The notes beneath the pieces are model-generated. The model ran no database searches, had not been told where the DNA came from, and was given only the letters and a program-made list of their open reading frames with translations. Positions 37,498 through 46,995 of a stretch of DNA of 64,000 bases are shown piece after piece. The translations under genes and the position numbers were made by a program. Location of the stretch: contig CAVUDW010000002.1 of NCBI GenBank assembly GCA_963740355.1, positions 160,001 through 224,000 of the forward strand, written 5' to 3'. Source of the stretch: an uncultured Gemmatimonadaceae bacterium. Lineage in GTDB: Bacteria; Gemmatimonadota; Gemmatimonadetes; Gemmatimonadales; Gemmatimonadaceae. Position 1 is the first letter of the stretch, and every line of letters begins with the position of its first letter.

Positions 37498-39698
37498 CGA
37501 CGATCCTCCGGCTGCTCGCGGCGCGAGCGTTGACGCGCGTCGTCGGTCGACGGGCGCGGTGTGTGACGTGAGTGATCACGCGCGAACGCTTCGCGCTGTG
37601 CCTGGTCACGTGATGACTGATCGCGCGTGTTGCCCTGGGACTGGGCGTCGGCAGCGGCGCGCATGGCGGCCAGCTCGAGGCTCGGTGCCGAGGCGCGCGA
37701 GAAGGTGGCGGTGTCGGTATTGCGGGTGGCGGTGGTGGCCTGCACGCGCACACCATCGGCGGTCAGTCCACGACGCTCGAGCGCTTCGCGCAATTCACCG
37801 AGTCGATCGGTGAGTGCGGCGGCCTGCTGTGCGTTGCCGAGTCCCAGGCGCGCGTCGACCGACGTGCCGCGGGTATCGATGCGGATCTGGTCCTCGATGC
37901 CGTTCGCGTTGTCCATGCGCAGCAACACGCTGCTGAGCGGCTTGGCGGCCTGCGTCGCCTGCAAGTCCATCAGCTGCGAGATCCGATCGGCCATGTTGAC
38001 CGCCGACGCTGGCGTGACTACGCGCATCGAGCCCGCGAGATCGGTGGCACCGGCCATCGGCGCCGGTCCGCTGACGGCCAGCGGCGAGATCGCGTCGTTG
38101 CCGGAGTTGCCAGCGCGTGCGGACTCGCCGGGTCGCGCGACGTCGGCAACCTTCGCGACGGACGACACCGTGGCGACGCGCGCGACCTGCGCTACGTTCG
38201 CCACCCGGGCCATCGCCGACGCGCGAGACTCGGCATCAGCACCAGCGTTCACATCGGCGCGCATCTGGCGCGCAGGATCGCCGGCTTCACCCTGCAGGTC
38301 ACTCAGCAGGTTGCCCAGTGTCTCACCTGACACGCCGCCTTCCACCGGCAATTCCACGTGGCCTGGATCGCGTGCACCCAGCGTGCGCAGGCCTTCCTGC
38401 TTTGCCAATTCGGCGAGACGTGCGTAGCCGGCTGGATTCTGCCACTGTCCATCGACCACCAGGTCAGCGGCCAGTCCCTTGCCATGCTTGGAATTCTTCG
38501 TCCAGGTCACCACTGGGCCGGGCGCCGTACGCCCCTGCGCAAAGAGCGCGTCCTGGCGTGCCTGTGAGCGCACCGTCTCGACGATCGCGACGGTGTGCCC
38601 GAACTCCTGGCGCATGCGATCCATCACGCGCTCGAGACGATCGCGGAACTCGGGGTCGAGCCTGGCGACATCGCGTTCCACGCTAGCGGCATCGGCGTTG
38701 CGCATGGTCGTGGTGGGCTTGGTCGGGGCGGAGCCGGTCGAGGCAGTGCTGGCCGGCGCTCCGCCTGCGGTCGTCGATGCACTTGGCGTGGCCGCCGCTG
38801 CATTCGACGTGGTCGAGTCGGTTGCAGGCTGCGCAGCTGCGCCGCTGACATCGGCCTGCGGTGCACCGGCTGCTGATGCCGGCGCGTCGAAGTGATCTTC
38901 GACCAGCGCGGTCGCATCGTTCGAAGCCACCGTAGCAGCTGAAGCAGATGCAGCCAGACCTGACGCGACAGAGGTGCGCGCTGCGGCATCCATGACATCG
39001 GCGCCCAAAGCAACATCCGCACTATTGCTCGTTGACACCGTCTTCGGCTCGGCGGCATTCTCGGGGGCGTCGGCCAGCTCAACCTGCGCTGCAACCAATG
39101 GCAGCGTCGCCACCAGCTGCATCGCCGCCGCAGTCGCGGCATTCGTCATCGCACTGTCGACCATCGGCACGACGTCGGTGGTCGCGGCCTGTTCCTCGAC
39201 TGAAGCACTCACCAGATCCGGCATCGACTGCGCAGCCGAAACATCCAGCGCGACGGCAACCGGCGGAGCACTCTCCGAAGTCTCGCCAGCGACCGGCGCG
39301 GTGGTCGAGGCAGCATTGAGCGTCGGCGCGACACATGCAGCCGTCACGGCCGGAACGTTGGCGTCTTCAACACTGGCGCCTGACAACTCTGAAGCAGGCT
39401 GCGACGCCACGACATCAGCCGGCACCTGCGTCACCGCAGGCGCATCGTTGCGTGTGGCTGCAAATCGCATCGCGCCGTTGAGGAGCGCTGATTGCACATG
39501 CGCACGCTGCTGCTGCGACGCGAGTCGGGCCTTGTTCGCTGCATACTCTGCCGACGACGCGCGGGTGTCATCAGCGCGTGCCGATGCCAGCGACGTAGCA
39601 AACGTTCCTGCGTTATCACTCGCCTGGCGATCTGGCGTGTTGTTCGAGACATCCGTGCGCGCACGCGGCGGCTGCACGGTGACGGGAAGCAGGCTCAT
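37494..39698 (-). CDS. fliK: Hook-length control protein FliK-like with an internal M15 peptidase domain
   Basis: Sits between the motE-like gene and flgD; long Ala/Pro/Ser/Thr-rich N-terminus; C-terminal FliK-type fold ([28 protein letters not shown]); internal RS..RQ..L..QGRT..SKH..GLAAD..DPGHVEL. Confidence 0.75.
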   Translation of the reverse strand: MSLLPVTVQPPRARTDVSNNTPDRQASDNAGTFATSLASARADDTRASSAEYAANKARLASQQQRAHVQSALLNGAMRFAATRNDAPAVTQVPADVVASQPASELSGASVEDANVPAVTAACVAPTLNAASTTAPVAGETSESAPPVAVALDVSAAQSMPDLVSASVEEQAATTDVVPMVDSAMTNAATAAAMQLVATLPLVAAQVELADAPENAAEPKTVSTSNSADVALGADVMDAAARTSVASGLAASASAATVASNDATALVEDHFDAPASAAGAPQADVSGAAAQPATDSTTSNAAAATPSASTTAGGAPASTASTGSAPTKPTTTMRNADAASVERDVARLDPEFRDRLERVMDRMRQEFGHTVAIVETVRSQARQDALFAQGRTAPGPVVTWTKNSKHGKGLAADLVVDGQWQNPAGYARLAELAKQEGLRTLGARDPGHVELPVEGGVSGETLGNLLSDLQGEAGDPARQMRADVNAGADAESRASAMARVANVAQVARVATVSSVAKVADVARPGESARAGNSGNDAISPLAVSGPAPMAGATDLAGSMRVVTPASAVNMADRISQLMDLQATQAAKPLSSVLLRMDNANGIEDQIRIDTRGTSVDARLGLGNAQQAAALTDRLGELREALERRGLTADGVRVQATTATRNTDTATFSRASAPSLELAAMRAAADAQSQGNTRDQSSRDQAQREAFARDHSRHTPRPSTDDARQRSRREQPEDRR

Positions 39699-40333
39699 TC
39701 GGTGCCCCCGCCTCGACGCGGCTGCACGTTGCTCAGCGCCGCGGCGCGTGGCGCCGGCAAGCTGGTGAGAATCGCTGCCGCCTGGCGATCGCTGAGCAGG
39801 CCGAGGATGATGCTGACGTCGTGGTCGTTCATCTGGGTCAGCACGCGCGCCGCGTCCTTCGCACCCATGGTCGAGAAGATCTTTGCGAGGCGGCGCTGAT
39901 GGGCCGCCGTCTCGGCGGCGGTCGGAGCGCCATCGCTGCTTGTCGCTGCCGATGCTGCCGGTGCGGAAACGGCGACGGTCGGCGTCGCGGCGGGCTTCGC
40001 CGTCGCTGCGCCATGCGCGTCAGGTGTTGCGGCGTGTGCGGCGTCGGGGGCGCGGGCTCCTTCAGCCGCAGGCTTGGTTGCCGCAGCGACCGTCGCCGGC
40101 GCCGTCGTGTCATGCGCGGCATCGGCCACATGCTCGGGCGCGGCATGCGCACTGCTGTCGTTGGCGGCAGTGCTGTCGCCTTCGGCATGTGTGGAGTCTG
40201 GCTTCAAGCCATGCTTCTTCGCTTCCACCACGGCGGCTGCATGCACCTTGGAGGCCTGGTAGACGGAGAAGAACCCGCCGCCACTCAGCCCCATCAACAG
40301 GCCGATGATCAGTGGCACGATGAGCTTACCCAT
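39695..40333 (-). CDS. MotE/YlxF/FlbB-like flagellar membrane protein
   Basis: N-terminal TM and C-terminal LAKIFSTM.AKDAARVL..M...AAAIL..L...AA (MgtE_N-like); follows fliJ. Confidence 0.72.
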   Translation of the reverse strand: MGKLIVPLIIGLLMGLSGGGFFSVYQASKVHAAAVVEAKKHGLKPDSTHAEGDSTAANDSSAHAAPEHVADAAHDTTAPATVAAATKPAAEGARAPDAAHAATPDAHGAATAKPAATPTVAVSAPAASAATSSDGAPTAAETAAHQRRLAKIFSTMGAKDAARVLTQMNDHDVSIILGLLSDRQAAAILTSLPAPRAAALSNVQPRRGGGTE

Positions 40334-40805
40334 TGGTGGAGCGCTCCGAATCGGTGGAAGTATTGCCTGCGTTGTGGAAGCGCGTGAGCGCGATTTCGTC
40401 CATCAGGGCGCGGTCGGCACCCTGCTCGGCAGCGTGATGCGCCTCTGCCTGCTTTTCCCGCAGCGTGTCGAGCGCGTGGCGCGCCTTGAACGCTTCGTGC
40501 AACTCATCCTGTGCGCGACGCACCAGGCTCTCTGCGGTGATGACACTGCTGTTTGCGAACTGCAGCCGCACATCGAGGGCGCCCAGCACATACTGCAGCT
40601 GCTGCAGGGTGCCGACGGTGGTACCGGCATTGCTGGCGGTGGTCAGCGACTCGTGACCGGCCGCGCGCACCTCTTCGATCGCATCGCGCGTCTCGCGTGC
40701 AGCGCTGGCCTGCCCCTGCGCGTCGGCCAGTGCCACCGAGCGCACACGCTCGGCTTCCTCGCGCAACTCGAGCACGCGCTGCAGGCGGAACTTGAAGCGG
40801 CTCAT
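40326..40805 (-). CDS. fliJ: Flagellar export protein FliJ
   Basis: FKFRLQRVLELR..EQ..MDEIA; follows fliI. Confidence 0.9.
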   Translation of the reverse strand: MSRFKFRLQRVLELREEAERVRSVALADAQGQASAARETRDAIEEVRAAGHESLTTASNAGTTVGTLQQLQYVLGALDVRLQFANSSVITAESLVRRAQDELHEAFKARHALDTLREKQAEAHHAAEQGADRALMDEIALTRFHNAGNTSTDSERSTNG

Positions 40806-42154
40806 GCCGCCACTCGCTGCATCATCAGGTGGTCATACCGCGCCTGCAACTGGCGCAACCGTGCCACCGAATCATCCATGCCGGTGCTTTCGCTGGGCGG
40901 CTGCCGAAGGAATGCCAGCAGCTGGTCGCGCAACGCCACGGCGGCATCCACCAACGGATCACTGCCCTTCTGGTAGGCGCCGACGAGGATCAGGTCTTCC
41001 TTCTCGCGCCACGATGCCTCGAGGCGCAGCAACAGGTTGGCGGCGTTGCGATGGGTATCGGTGATCAGCAGGTCGCGCACACGACTCTTCGAGTCGAGTA
41101 CGTCGATCGCGGGGAAGTGTCCCGATGCGGCCAGCTTGCGGGTCAGCACGATGTGCCCGTCGAGAATCGAGCGCGCGGCGTCAGCGATCGGCTCGTTGAA
41201 GTCGTCGCCGTCCACCAGCACGGTGTACACGCCGGTGATGCCTCCGACGCGCGCATTGCCGGCGCGTTCCAGCAGGCGCGGGAGCGCGGCGAACACTGAC
41301 GGCGGATAGCCCTTGGTTGTCGGCGGCTCACCAACGGCGAGGCCGATTTCGCGCCATGCCATCGCGACGCGCGTGATCGAGTCCACCATCAGCAGCACCT
41401 GCTTGCCCTGATCGCGGAAGTACTCGGCGATGGCAGTCGCCACGAGGGCACCGCGCGCGCGCACCAGCGCCGCCTGGTCGCCAGTGGCGACGATGATCAC
41501 GCTGCGCTTGAGCCCTTCCTCACCGAGCGAGTTCTCGATGAACTCGCGCACTTCACGACCACGCTCGCCGAGCAGCGCGATCACGTTCACGTCGGCCTGT
41601 GCCTGACGCGCCACCATGCCGAGCAGCGTGCTCTTGCCCACGCCGCTGCCGGAGAAGATGCCGATACGCTGACCGTGTCCGATGGTCAGCAGGCCGTCGA
41701 TCGCACGGACACCTGTGGCCATCGTGCTGCCGATCACTTCACGATGCAACGGATTGGGCGGCTCTGCCTGCAGCGGTGCGCGCTCTTCGACATCCAGCTT
41801 GCCCTTGTCGTCGATCGGATGACCGAGGCCATTGAGGATGCGACCGAGCAAGCCAGGACCGACGTCCACACCGAACGACCGGCCCAGTGCCACCACGCTG
41901 GCGCCTGGGGCAATGCCGTCCAGCTCACCGAGCGGCATCAGCAAGCAGCCGTTCTGGTGAAAGCCGACCACTTCGGCCAGCACGGAGCGCGCATCGTGAT
42001 TGTTGGTGATGCGCGCCAGCTCGCCGAGGCCCATCTCGAGGCCACTGACCTCGATGGCCAGTCCGACGATGCGTGCAACGCGACCAAACGTCTGCAGCCG
42101 CGGCATCTCGGAGATCCGGCGCGTCATTTCGCGCGCAACCATGGTCTCAGGCAT
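40802..42154 (-). CDS. fliI: Flagellum-specific ATPase
   Basis: GIFSGSGVGKS, GERGREVREF and GEPPTTKGYPPS. Confidence 0.97.
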   Translation of the reverse strand: MPETMVAREMTRRISEMPRLQTFGRVARIVGLAIEVSGLEMGLGELARITNNHDARSVLAEVVGFHQNGCLLMPLGELDGIAPGASVVALGRSFGVDVGPGLLGRILNGLGHPIDDKGKLDVEERAPLQAEPPNPLHREVIGSTMATGVRAIDGLLTIGHGQRIGIFSGSGVGKSTLLGMVARQAQADVNVIALLGERGREVREFIENSLGEEGLKRSVIIVATGDQAALVRARGALVATAIAEYFRDQGKQVLLMVDSITRVAMAWREIGLAVGEPPTTKGYPPSVFAALPRLLERAGNARVGGITGVYTVLVDGDDFNEPIADAARSILDGHIVLTRKLAASGHFPAIDVLDSKSRVRDLLITDTHRNAANLLLRLEASWREKEDLILVGAYQKGSDPLVDAAVALRDQLLAFLRQPPSESTGMDDSVARLRQLQARYDHLMMQRVAA

Positions 42155-42878
42155 TGGTGTGGGTCAGTCGGCGGTAGAGGCGCTCGAGCGCCGTATCCAC
42201 ACGCCCGTCCACGATCCGCTCGCGCCCTTCCACCACGCAGCCACCCTTCTCGATGCGGGCATCGCTCGTCCAGCGCACTTCGCGACCCTTGGTGATCGCG
42301 GTCGGCTCGTCGCCCGAGACACGCTCGGCCGACATGAGCGACTCGAGGTCACCTGGGTTCACTCGGATCGAGAGCGCCTGATCGAGCCCGAACTCCTGCA
42401 CGGCGCGGGACACGACATCCACCACGACGTCGGAGGAGATTGAGACTTCGCGGGTCAGCACCTGCTGCGCCACGCCGACGGAGATCGCCGCAATGTTCTC
42501 CTCGATGTTTGCCAACCAGCGCGCTTCGCCAGCGCGCAGGTCATCGAGTGCACTTTCGGCCGCCATCATCGCGCCGCGCAGGCGGGCGCGCTCGGCCTGC
42601 TCGCCCTGGTCGCGACCTTCCTGCACACCGCGCAGGTACGCGGCATCGAGTTCGGCCTGACGGGCCTGGATCAGCGCCGCTTCGGCCGCGACACGTGCGG
42701 CGGCTTCTGCGACTTCCTGTGGATCTTCGACTTCTTCCTCGAAGATCGACGCCACGCGTGGCGCGCTGGTTTCGACCAGCCGCGGCATCCAGGCGCGCGA
42801 GGCAGCGATCGGGGTGACGACACGCGGTGTGATGCGCGTGGCGCCAACCACTCCGAACAGCGGCTCAAATGAGGACAT
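42147..42878 (-). CDS. fliH: Flagellar assembly protein FliH
   Basis: AxxxGxxxG repeats, IRVNPGD and GGCVVE. Confidence 0.88.
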   Translation of the reverse strand: MSSFEPLFGVVGATRITPRVVTPIAASRAWMPRLVETSAPRVASIFEEEVEDPQEVAEAAARVAAEAALIQARQAELDAAYLRGVQEGRDQGEQAERARLRGAMMAAESALDDLRAGEARWLANIEENIAAISVGVAQQVLTREVSISSDVVVDVVSRAVQEFGLDQALSIRVNPGDLESLMSAERVSGDEPTAITKGREVRWTSDARIEKGGCVVEGRERIVDGRVDTALERLYRRLTHTNA

Positions 42879-43905
42879 CGTCGCCTCCCTTGCCACCGAT
42901 CACGATCTCGCCCAACTCCTCGAGGCGACGGACCTGTGCCACGAATGCCGTCTGTGCCGCTTCGACATCCTTCATGCGCGCCGGGCCCATCATCTCCATC
43001 TCTTCCTGCAGCGCGGCCACCGCACGCTGCGACATGCAGCCGAGGATCTTCGCCTTGAGTTCCGGGCTGGCCGCCTTGAGGGCCAGTGCGAGACTCTTCG
43101 CTTCCACTTCACGCAGTACGCGCTGGATTGCCTTGTCGTCGAGCGAGGAGAGATCCTCGAACACGAACATGAGGTTCTTGATGACTTCGCAGAGCTCGGG
43201 ATCGCGCTCCTCGACGCCTTCCAGCAGCTCCTTCTCGAGTGCGCCGGAGATGAAGTTCATCACCTCGGCCACTGCCTTCGGACCACCGGATACCGTGCCT
43301 TCGGCCATGATCGACGAGGCTTCGGAGCCGATGTGCTTCTCGATCAGCATCAGCATCTCGGGCTGCACCTTCTCCATGCCCGCCATGCGATAGACCACTT
43401 CACCGCCCTTCGCCGCCGGAATCTCCTTCAGGATTGCTGCCGTGTGCTGCGGATCCAGGTGTGCGAGCACCAGCGCGATCGTCTGCGGATGTTCGTTGCG
43501 CAGCGTGTTGCCCAGCTGCTGCGGGTCGGCGCGGCGCAGGCGCGTGAGGCCAGCGGTGTCCGCCAGCTGCCCCTGCACACGACGCAGGATGCTGGAGGCC
43601 TTGGCCGGACCGAAGGCCTTTTCGAGCACTTCGCGGGCGTATTCCACGCCACCGTTCGACAACGAGCCGATCCCGATCGCCGACTCGATCCACTCCTCGA
43701 GCACCTGGTCGATGACGGGGCCAGCCACTTCATCCATGCGCGCGATCTCGAACGAGAGCATGTCCACCTCGTCGGTGGACAGTTTCTGCGTCACCTTCGC
43801 GGCGGCATCGGTGCCAAGTGCAAGGCACAACAACGCCGCCTTCTGGCGTCCGTTGAGCGACTCGAACGTGACTTCACGTGGCATACGTGCGACTGCGCTA
43901 GGCAT
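42865..43905 (-). CDS. fliG: Motor switch protein FliG
   Basis: QKAALL, GGVEYAR, EHPQTIA and MFVFED. Confidence 0.96.
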   Translation of the reverse strand: MPSAVARMPREVTFESLNGRQKAALLCLALGTDAAAKVTQKLSTDEVDMLSFEIARMDEVAGPVIDQVLEEWIESAIGIGSLSNGGVEYAREVLEKAFGPAKASSILRRVQGQLADTAGLTRLRRADPQQLGNTLRNEHPQTIALVLAHLDPQHTAAILKEIPAAKGGEVVYRMAGMEKVQPEMLMLIEKHIGSEASSIMAEGTVSGGPKAVAEVMNFISGALEKELLEGVEERDPELCEVIKNLMFVFEDLSSLDDKAIQRVLREVEAKSLALALKAASPELKAKILGCMSQRAVAALQEEMEMMGPARMKDVEAAQTAFVAQVRRLEELGEIVIGGKGGDDVLI

Positions 43906-45418
43906 TCCGCATCCAGTTGCGAAGGATCTTGGCTGACACGTCGGGATAGGCTTCGGCCGTCGCCACGACACGTTCCTTGAGCGGATTCACCGGCATCTGA
44001 AGCGCCTGATAGACGACCGGCGAATTCGCGTCTTCATCGCTGTTCGCTGAGAGCTGTCCCGCGGGCTGGCCAGCGGAGTTGAGAGCCGGCTGGCGTGCGG
44101 CGGCCAGTGCCATCGCGCGTGCATCAGCCGACTGCGCCTTCAGTGACTTCATCATGATCATCGCGATCAGCACGGCGAGGGCGAGGCCCACCAGGCCAAG
44201 CGCCGGGCGCTGGATCTGCTGAATCGTGCGCATCGCCTTCTCACCTGTGGTCTCGGCGGGGATGGCGGTGATGCCTTCGAACGGCGTGCTGACGACCTTC
44301 ACCAGGTCGCCGCGCGTCGAGTCGAAGCCGACCGCGTTGCGAACGAGCGCATTGATCTGGTCGAGTTCTGCCTGTGGACGCGTCGTGTTGACGCCCTTGG
44401 CATCGACGCGGTCCTTCACCAGCACCGCGACCGTAAGGCGCTTCACGACGCCGGTGGCCGACTTGACCGTTTCCACGGTGCGCGAGTTGTCGTAGCTGCT
44501 GGCGACGTTGGTCGAGCCTGCGCCACCGTCGGTGCCGGGCGTGATCTCGGCCTTCTGTTCGGTGCTCAGTGCCTGCTTCTCCGGATCGACGAGCTGTGAC
44601 ATGCGCTCGACCTGGTCGAAGCTGAGGTCAGCGGCCACAGTCACCGTTGCATTGCCGTTGCCCACGATCTGGTTCACCATCGCATTCGCCTTCTCGGCGA
44701 GATGGTCTTCCACGGCGCGCTGCTGCTCGAGCTGCGCACTGCTCAGTGATGCCGGGTCGTTTGCATCGAGCATGCGGGACAACAGGCGACCACCATCATC
44801 GAGCACGGCGACGCGCTGCGCTTCGAGGTTGTCGATGCTGCTGGCGACGAGCTGCGAGATGCCGCGCACCACATCGGCTTCCGGACGCTGCCCATTCCGC
44901 AGCTTGACGACGACGCTCGCCTCGGCGGGAGTATCACCCGAGCGGCGGAAGGCCTGCGTTTCCTTGATCGCGAGGTGCACCTGTGCACGCTCGATGCCCT
45001 TCATGGTGCTGATCGTGCGCTCCAGTTCACCCTCGAGTGCGCGACGATAGTTGATCTTCTGTGCGAAGTCGGTCATGCCCCAGCTGGGCTGATCGAACAG
45101 CTCCATGCCTGGGCGACCCTGTGACGGCAGGCCTGACGATGCGAGCACGACGCGGGCACGCGCGAGATCGGTGGTCGAGACCATGATGTCGGTACCGCCA
45201 CGCTCCAGCTTGTACACGACGCCAGCGGCATCGAGGGCATCGGTCATCTTGCCGACATTTTCCAGCGGCACGCCGGTGAACGCCGGCACCATGTCGGGCT
45301 GGGTGGCCCAGCGCGACACACCGAGGATCGCGACGAGGGCGACGACACCGACGCCCAGCATCGCGACGCGACGGGCGCCGCCAATCCGTTCGAACAACTG
45401 CTCGATTGCGGGAGGCAT
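43898..45418 (-). CDS. fliF: MS-ring protein
   Basis: GMELFD..GMTDF..RALEGELERTI, AQVHLA, ASVVV and GFDSTRGD; two TM segments. Confidence 0.96.
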   Translation of the reverse strand: MPPAIEQLFERIGGARRVAMLGVGVVALVAILGVSRWATQPDMVPAFTGVPLENVGKMTDALDAAGVVYKLERGGTDIMVSTTDLARARVVLASSGLPSQGRPGMELFDQPSWGMTDFAQKINYRRALEGELERTISTMKGIERAQVHLAIKETQAFRRSGDTPAEASVVVKLRNGQRPEADVVRGISQLVASSIDNLEAQRVAVLDDGGRLLSRMLDANDPASLSSAQLEQQRAVEDHLAEKANAMVNQIVGNGNATVTVAADLSFDQVERMSQLVDPEKQALSTEQKAEITPGTDGGAGSTNVASSYDNSRTVETVKSATGVVKRLTVAVLVKDRVDAKGVNTTRPQAELDQINALVRNAVGFDSTRGDLVKVVSTPFEGITAIPAETTGEKAMRTIQQIQRPALGLVGLALAVLIAMIMMKSLKAQSADARAMALAAARQPALNSAGQPAGQLSANSDEDANSPVVYQALQMPVNPLKERVVATAEAYPDVSAKILRNWMRNA

Positions 45419-45423
45419 CGTGA

Positions 45424-45747
45424 TCAGTTCTGCATGGACATCACTGTCCGGTAGGCGTCAACGACCTTGTTGCGGAGCTCGATCATCGTGTCGAGCGCGA
45501 TGCCGGCTTCGCTGGCGGCAGCCATCACCTGGTGCAGCTCGACCTGTTCACCATTGAGGAAGCGACGCGTCGTCTCGCCGCTGACATCCTGCGCGGCACT
45601 GACTTCGTTCACGGCCTTGGTGAGCACATCGCCGAAGCCACCGCCTGGCTGTCCTTCCGGCAGCACGGGAACGGAGCGGCCACCTTCACCCGGCAAGCCG
45701 AAGTCGGCGACGCGTTGTGCAAAGGCACCGAATCGATCAATCGTCAT
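45424..45747 (-). CDS. fliE: Hook-basal body protein FliE
   Basis: LHQVM..RNKVVDAY..M.MQ. Confidence 0.94.
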   Translation of the reverse strand: MTIDRFGAFAQRVADFGLPGEGGRSVPVLPEGQPGGGFGDVLTKAVNEVSAAQDVSGETTRRFLNGEQVELHQVMAAASEAGIALDTMIELRNKVVDAYRTVMSMQN

Positions 45748-45752
45748 GTGAA

Positions 45753-46061
45753 TCAGCCTCGAACATCGAGATGAGCACCGCGCATGCCGATCGGTGCGGC
45801 AGCGGGAGCATCGGCCGTCATCATGCGACGGCCGTACGTCAGCGGACCGAGTGCGGCGCGACGCGCCAGCAACCGGGTCGTGTCTTCGGAGGTGCGGGCA
45901 GACAGGGCACGCTGCTCGTCGTTGGTGGACGCATCGGCCGCCGTGTTGGGCTGCTGCGCGGGCTCATCACCACGAACCGTTGCGCCATCGTTGCGGCGGA
46001 ACAGGTCGGGGAGAGCACCGGCGAGTGCCGGCAACTGTGCGGTGAGCGGCGAGACAGACAT
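45753..46061 (-). CDS. Hypothetical 102-aa protein within the flgBC-fliE operon
   Basis: Fills the gap between flgC and fliE with 2-5 nt spacing; contains LTYGR and ends in GAHLDVRG. Confidence 0.6.
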   Translation of the reverse strand: MSVSPLTAQLPALAGALPDLFRRNDGATVRGDEPAQQPNTAADASTNDEQRALSARTSEDTTRLLARRAALGPLTYGRRMMTADAPAAAPIGMRGAHLDVRG

Positions 46062-46063
46062 GA

Positions 46064-46624
46064 TCAGAGCTCCAGCGACTTGCGGAGGAGCGCTTTCGCC
46101 GACTGGAAGACGGTGGCGTTGGCTTCGAACACGCGGCGCGCATCGAGCAGGTCGACGAGTTCGTCGGTGCGGCTGACGTTCGACAGCGTCACGTAACCTT
46201 CGGCATCCGCATCGGGATGCCCGGGCATGTGGACGCGTGCGCCAGGCGTGGTGTCTTCCTGGATGCTTTCGACCGTGACGCCGTAGCTCGGGTCGTCGAC
46301 CTGCTTCGGCGATGATGACGCAGCGCCAGCGGGCACATCGAACTGCGAGGTGCCGAACGGCGCCGAGGTGAACGGCAGCTGGTTCGGGAAGCGGAAGCTG
46401 GCTTCTTGTTCACCCTTCGTGGCGGTGCCCAACTGCACGATGCGACGGTTGTATGCCTTGCCGTCAGCGCCACGCGTGACATCGGCATTGGCGAGGTTGC
46501 TGGCGGCGACTTCGATGCGCGTGCGCTGCGCCGACATGCCGCTGGCGGCGATGCCCAGCGCGCGGAACATCGGGCGAATCGCTGGTCCGCCGACGAAGGG
46601 CAGAAGTCCGGGAAGCTTTGGCAT
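46064..46624 (-). CDS. flgC: Basal-body rod protein FlgC
   Basis: ASGMSAQRTR..NLAN, PGHPDADAEGYV..NV and FEANA. Confidence 0.94.
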   Translation of the reverse strand: MPKLPGLLPFVGGPAIRPMFRALGIAASGMSAQRTRIEVAASNLANADVTRGADGKAYNRRIVQLGTATKGEQEASFRFPNQLPFTSAPFGTSQFDVPAGAASSSPKQVDDPSYGVTVESIQEDTTPGARVHMPGHPDADAEGYVTLSNVSRTDELVDLLDARRVFEANATVFQSAKALLRKSLEL

Positions 46625-46629
46625 CGGCT

Positions 46630-46935
46630 TCAGCGATCCTGCAGCGCGCGGCGGATCGAGTCGTAGGTGCCCTTGAGGCGCGTGGCCGCGGTCTCGAAGT
46701 ACATCTGCTCGTTGGCTAGGGCGGCCATTTCCTGTTCGGTGTCAACCGGTCCGCGCTCACCCGAGACAGCGCTGGCGGCGGTCTTGCCGGCCGGCAGGGC
46801 AAAGCCGTCCTTGTTCACCATTGTGGCGTTCGCCACGCGATCGGCGATCTGACGATGCCGAATCGCACTCTGGTCGAGAGCGTCTCGCAGTGAGCCGGCC
46901 GACGAGACCCGATTGATGAAGTTGAAGAGCGCCAT
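46630..46935 (-). CDS. flgB: Basal-body rod protein FlgB (short)
   Basis: ALD..RH..IA..VANA and VDTEQEMAALA..Q..F; first gene of the operon. Confidence 0.82.
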   Translation of the reverse strand: MALFNFINRVSSAGSLRDALDQSAIRHRQIADRVANATMVNKDGFALPAGKTAASAVSGERGPVDTEQEMAALANEQMYFETAATRLKGTYDSIRRALQDR

Positions 46936-46978
46936 GATCCGGAACCGAGGTGAGAGGACACGCGTCGGGGTCATGGAA

Positions 46979-46995
46979 AAGCACGGCCGGTGCCA
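46979..46995 (-). promoter_or_regulatory. Sigma54 -24/-12 promoter of the flgB operon
   Basis: Minus strand TGGCACCGGCCGTGCTT. Dyad at 47035-47059; perfect CGGCAAGTTGTGCCG at 47128-47142 with weaker flanking copies. Confidence 0.8.
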
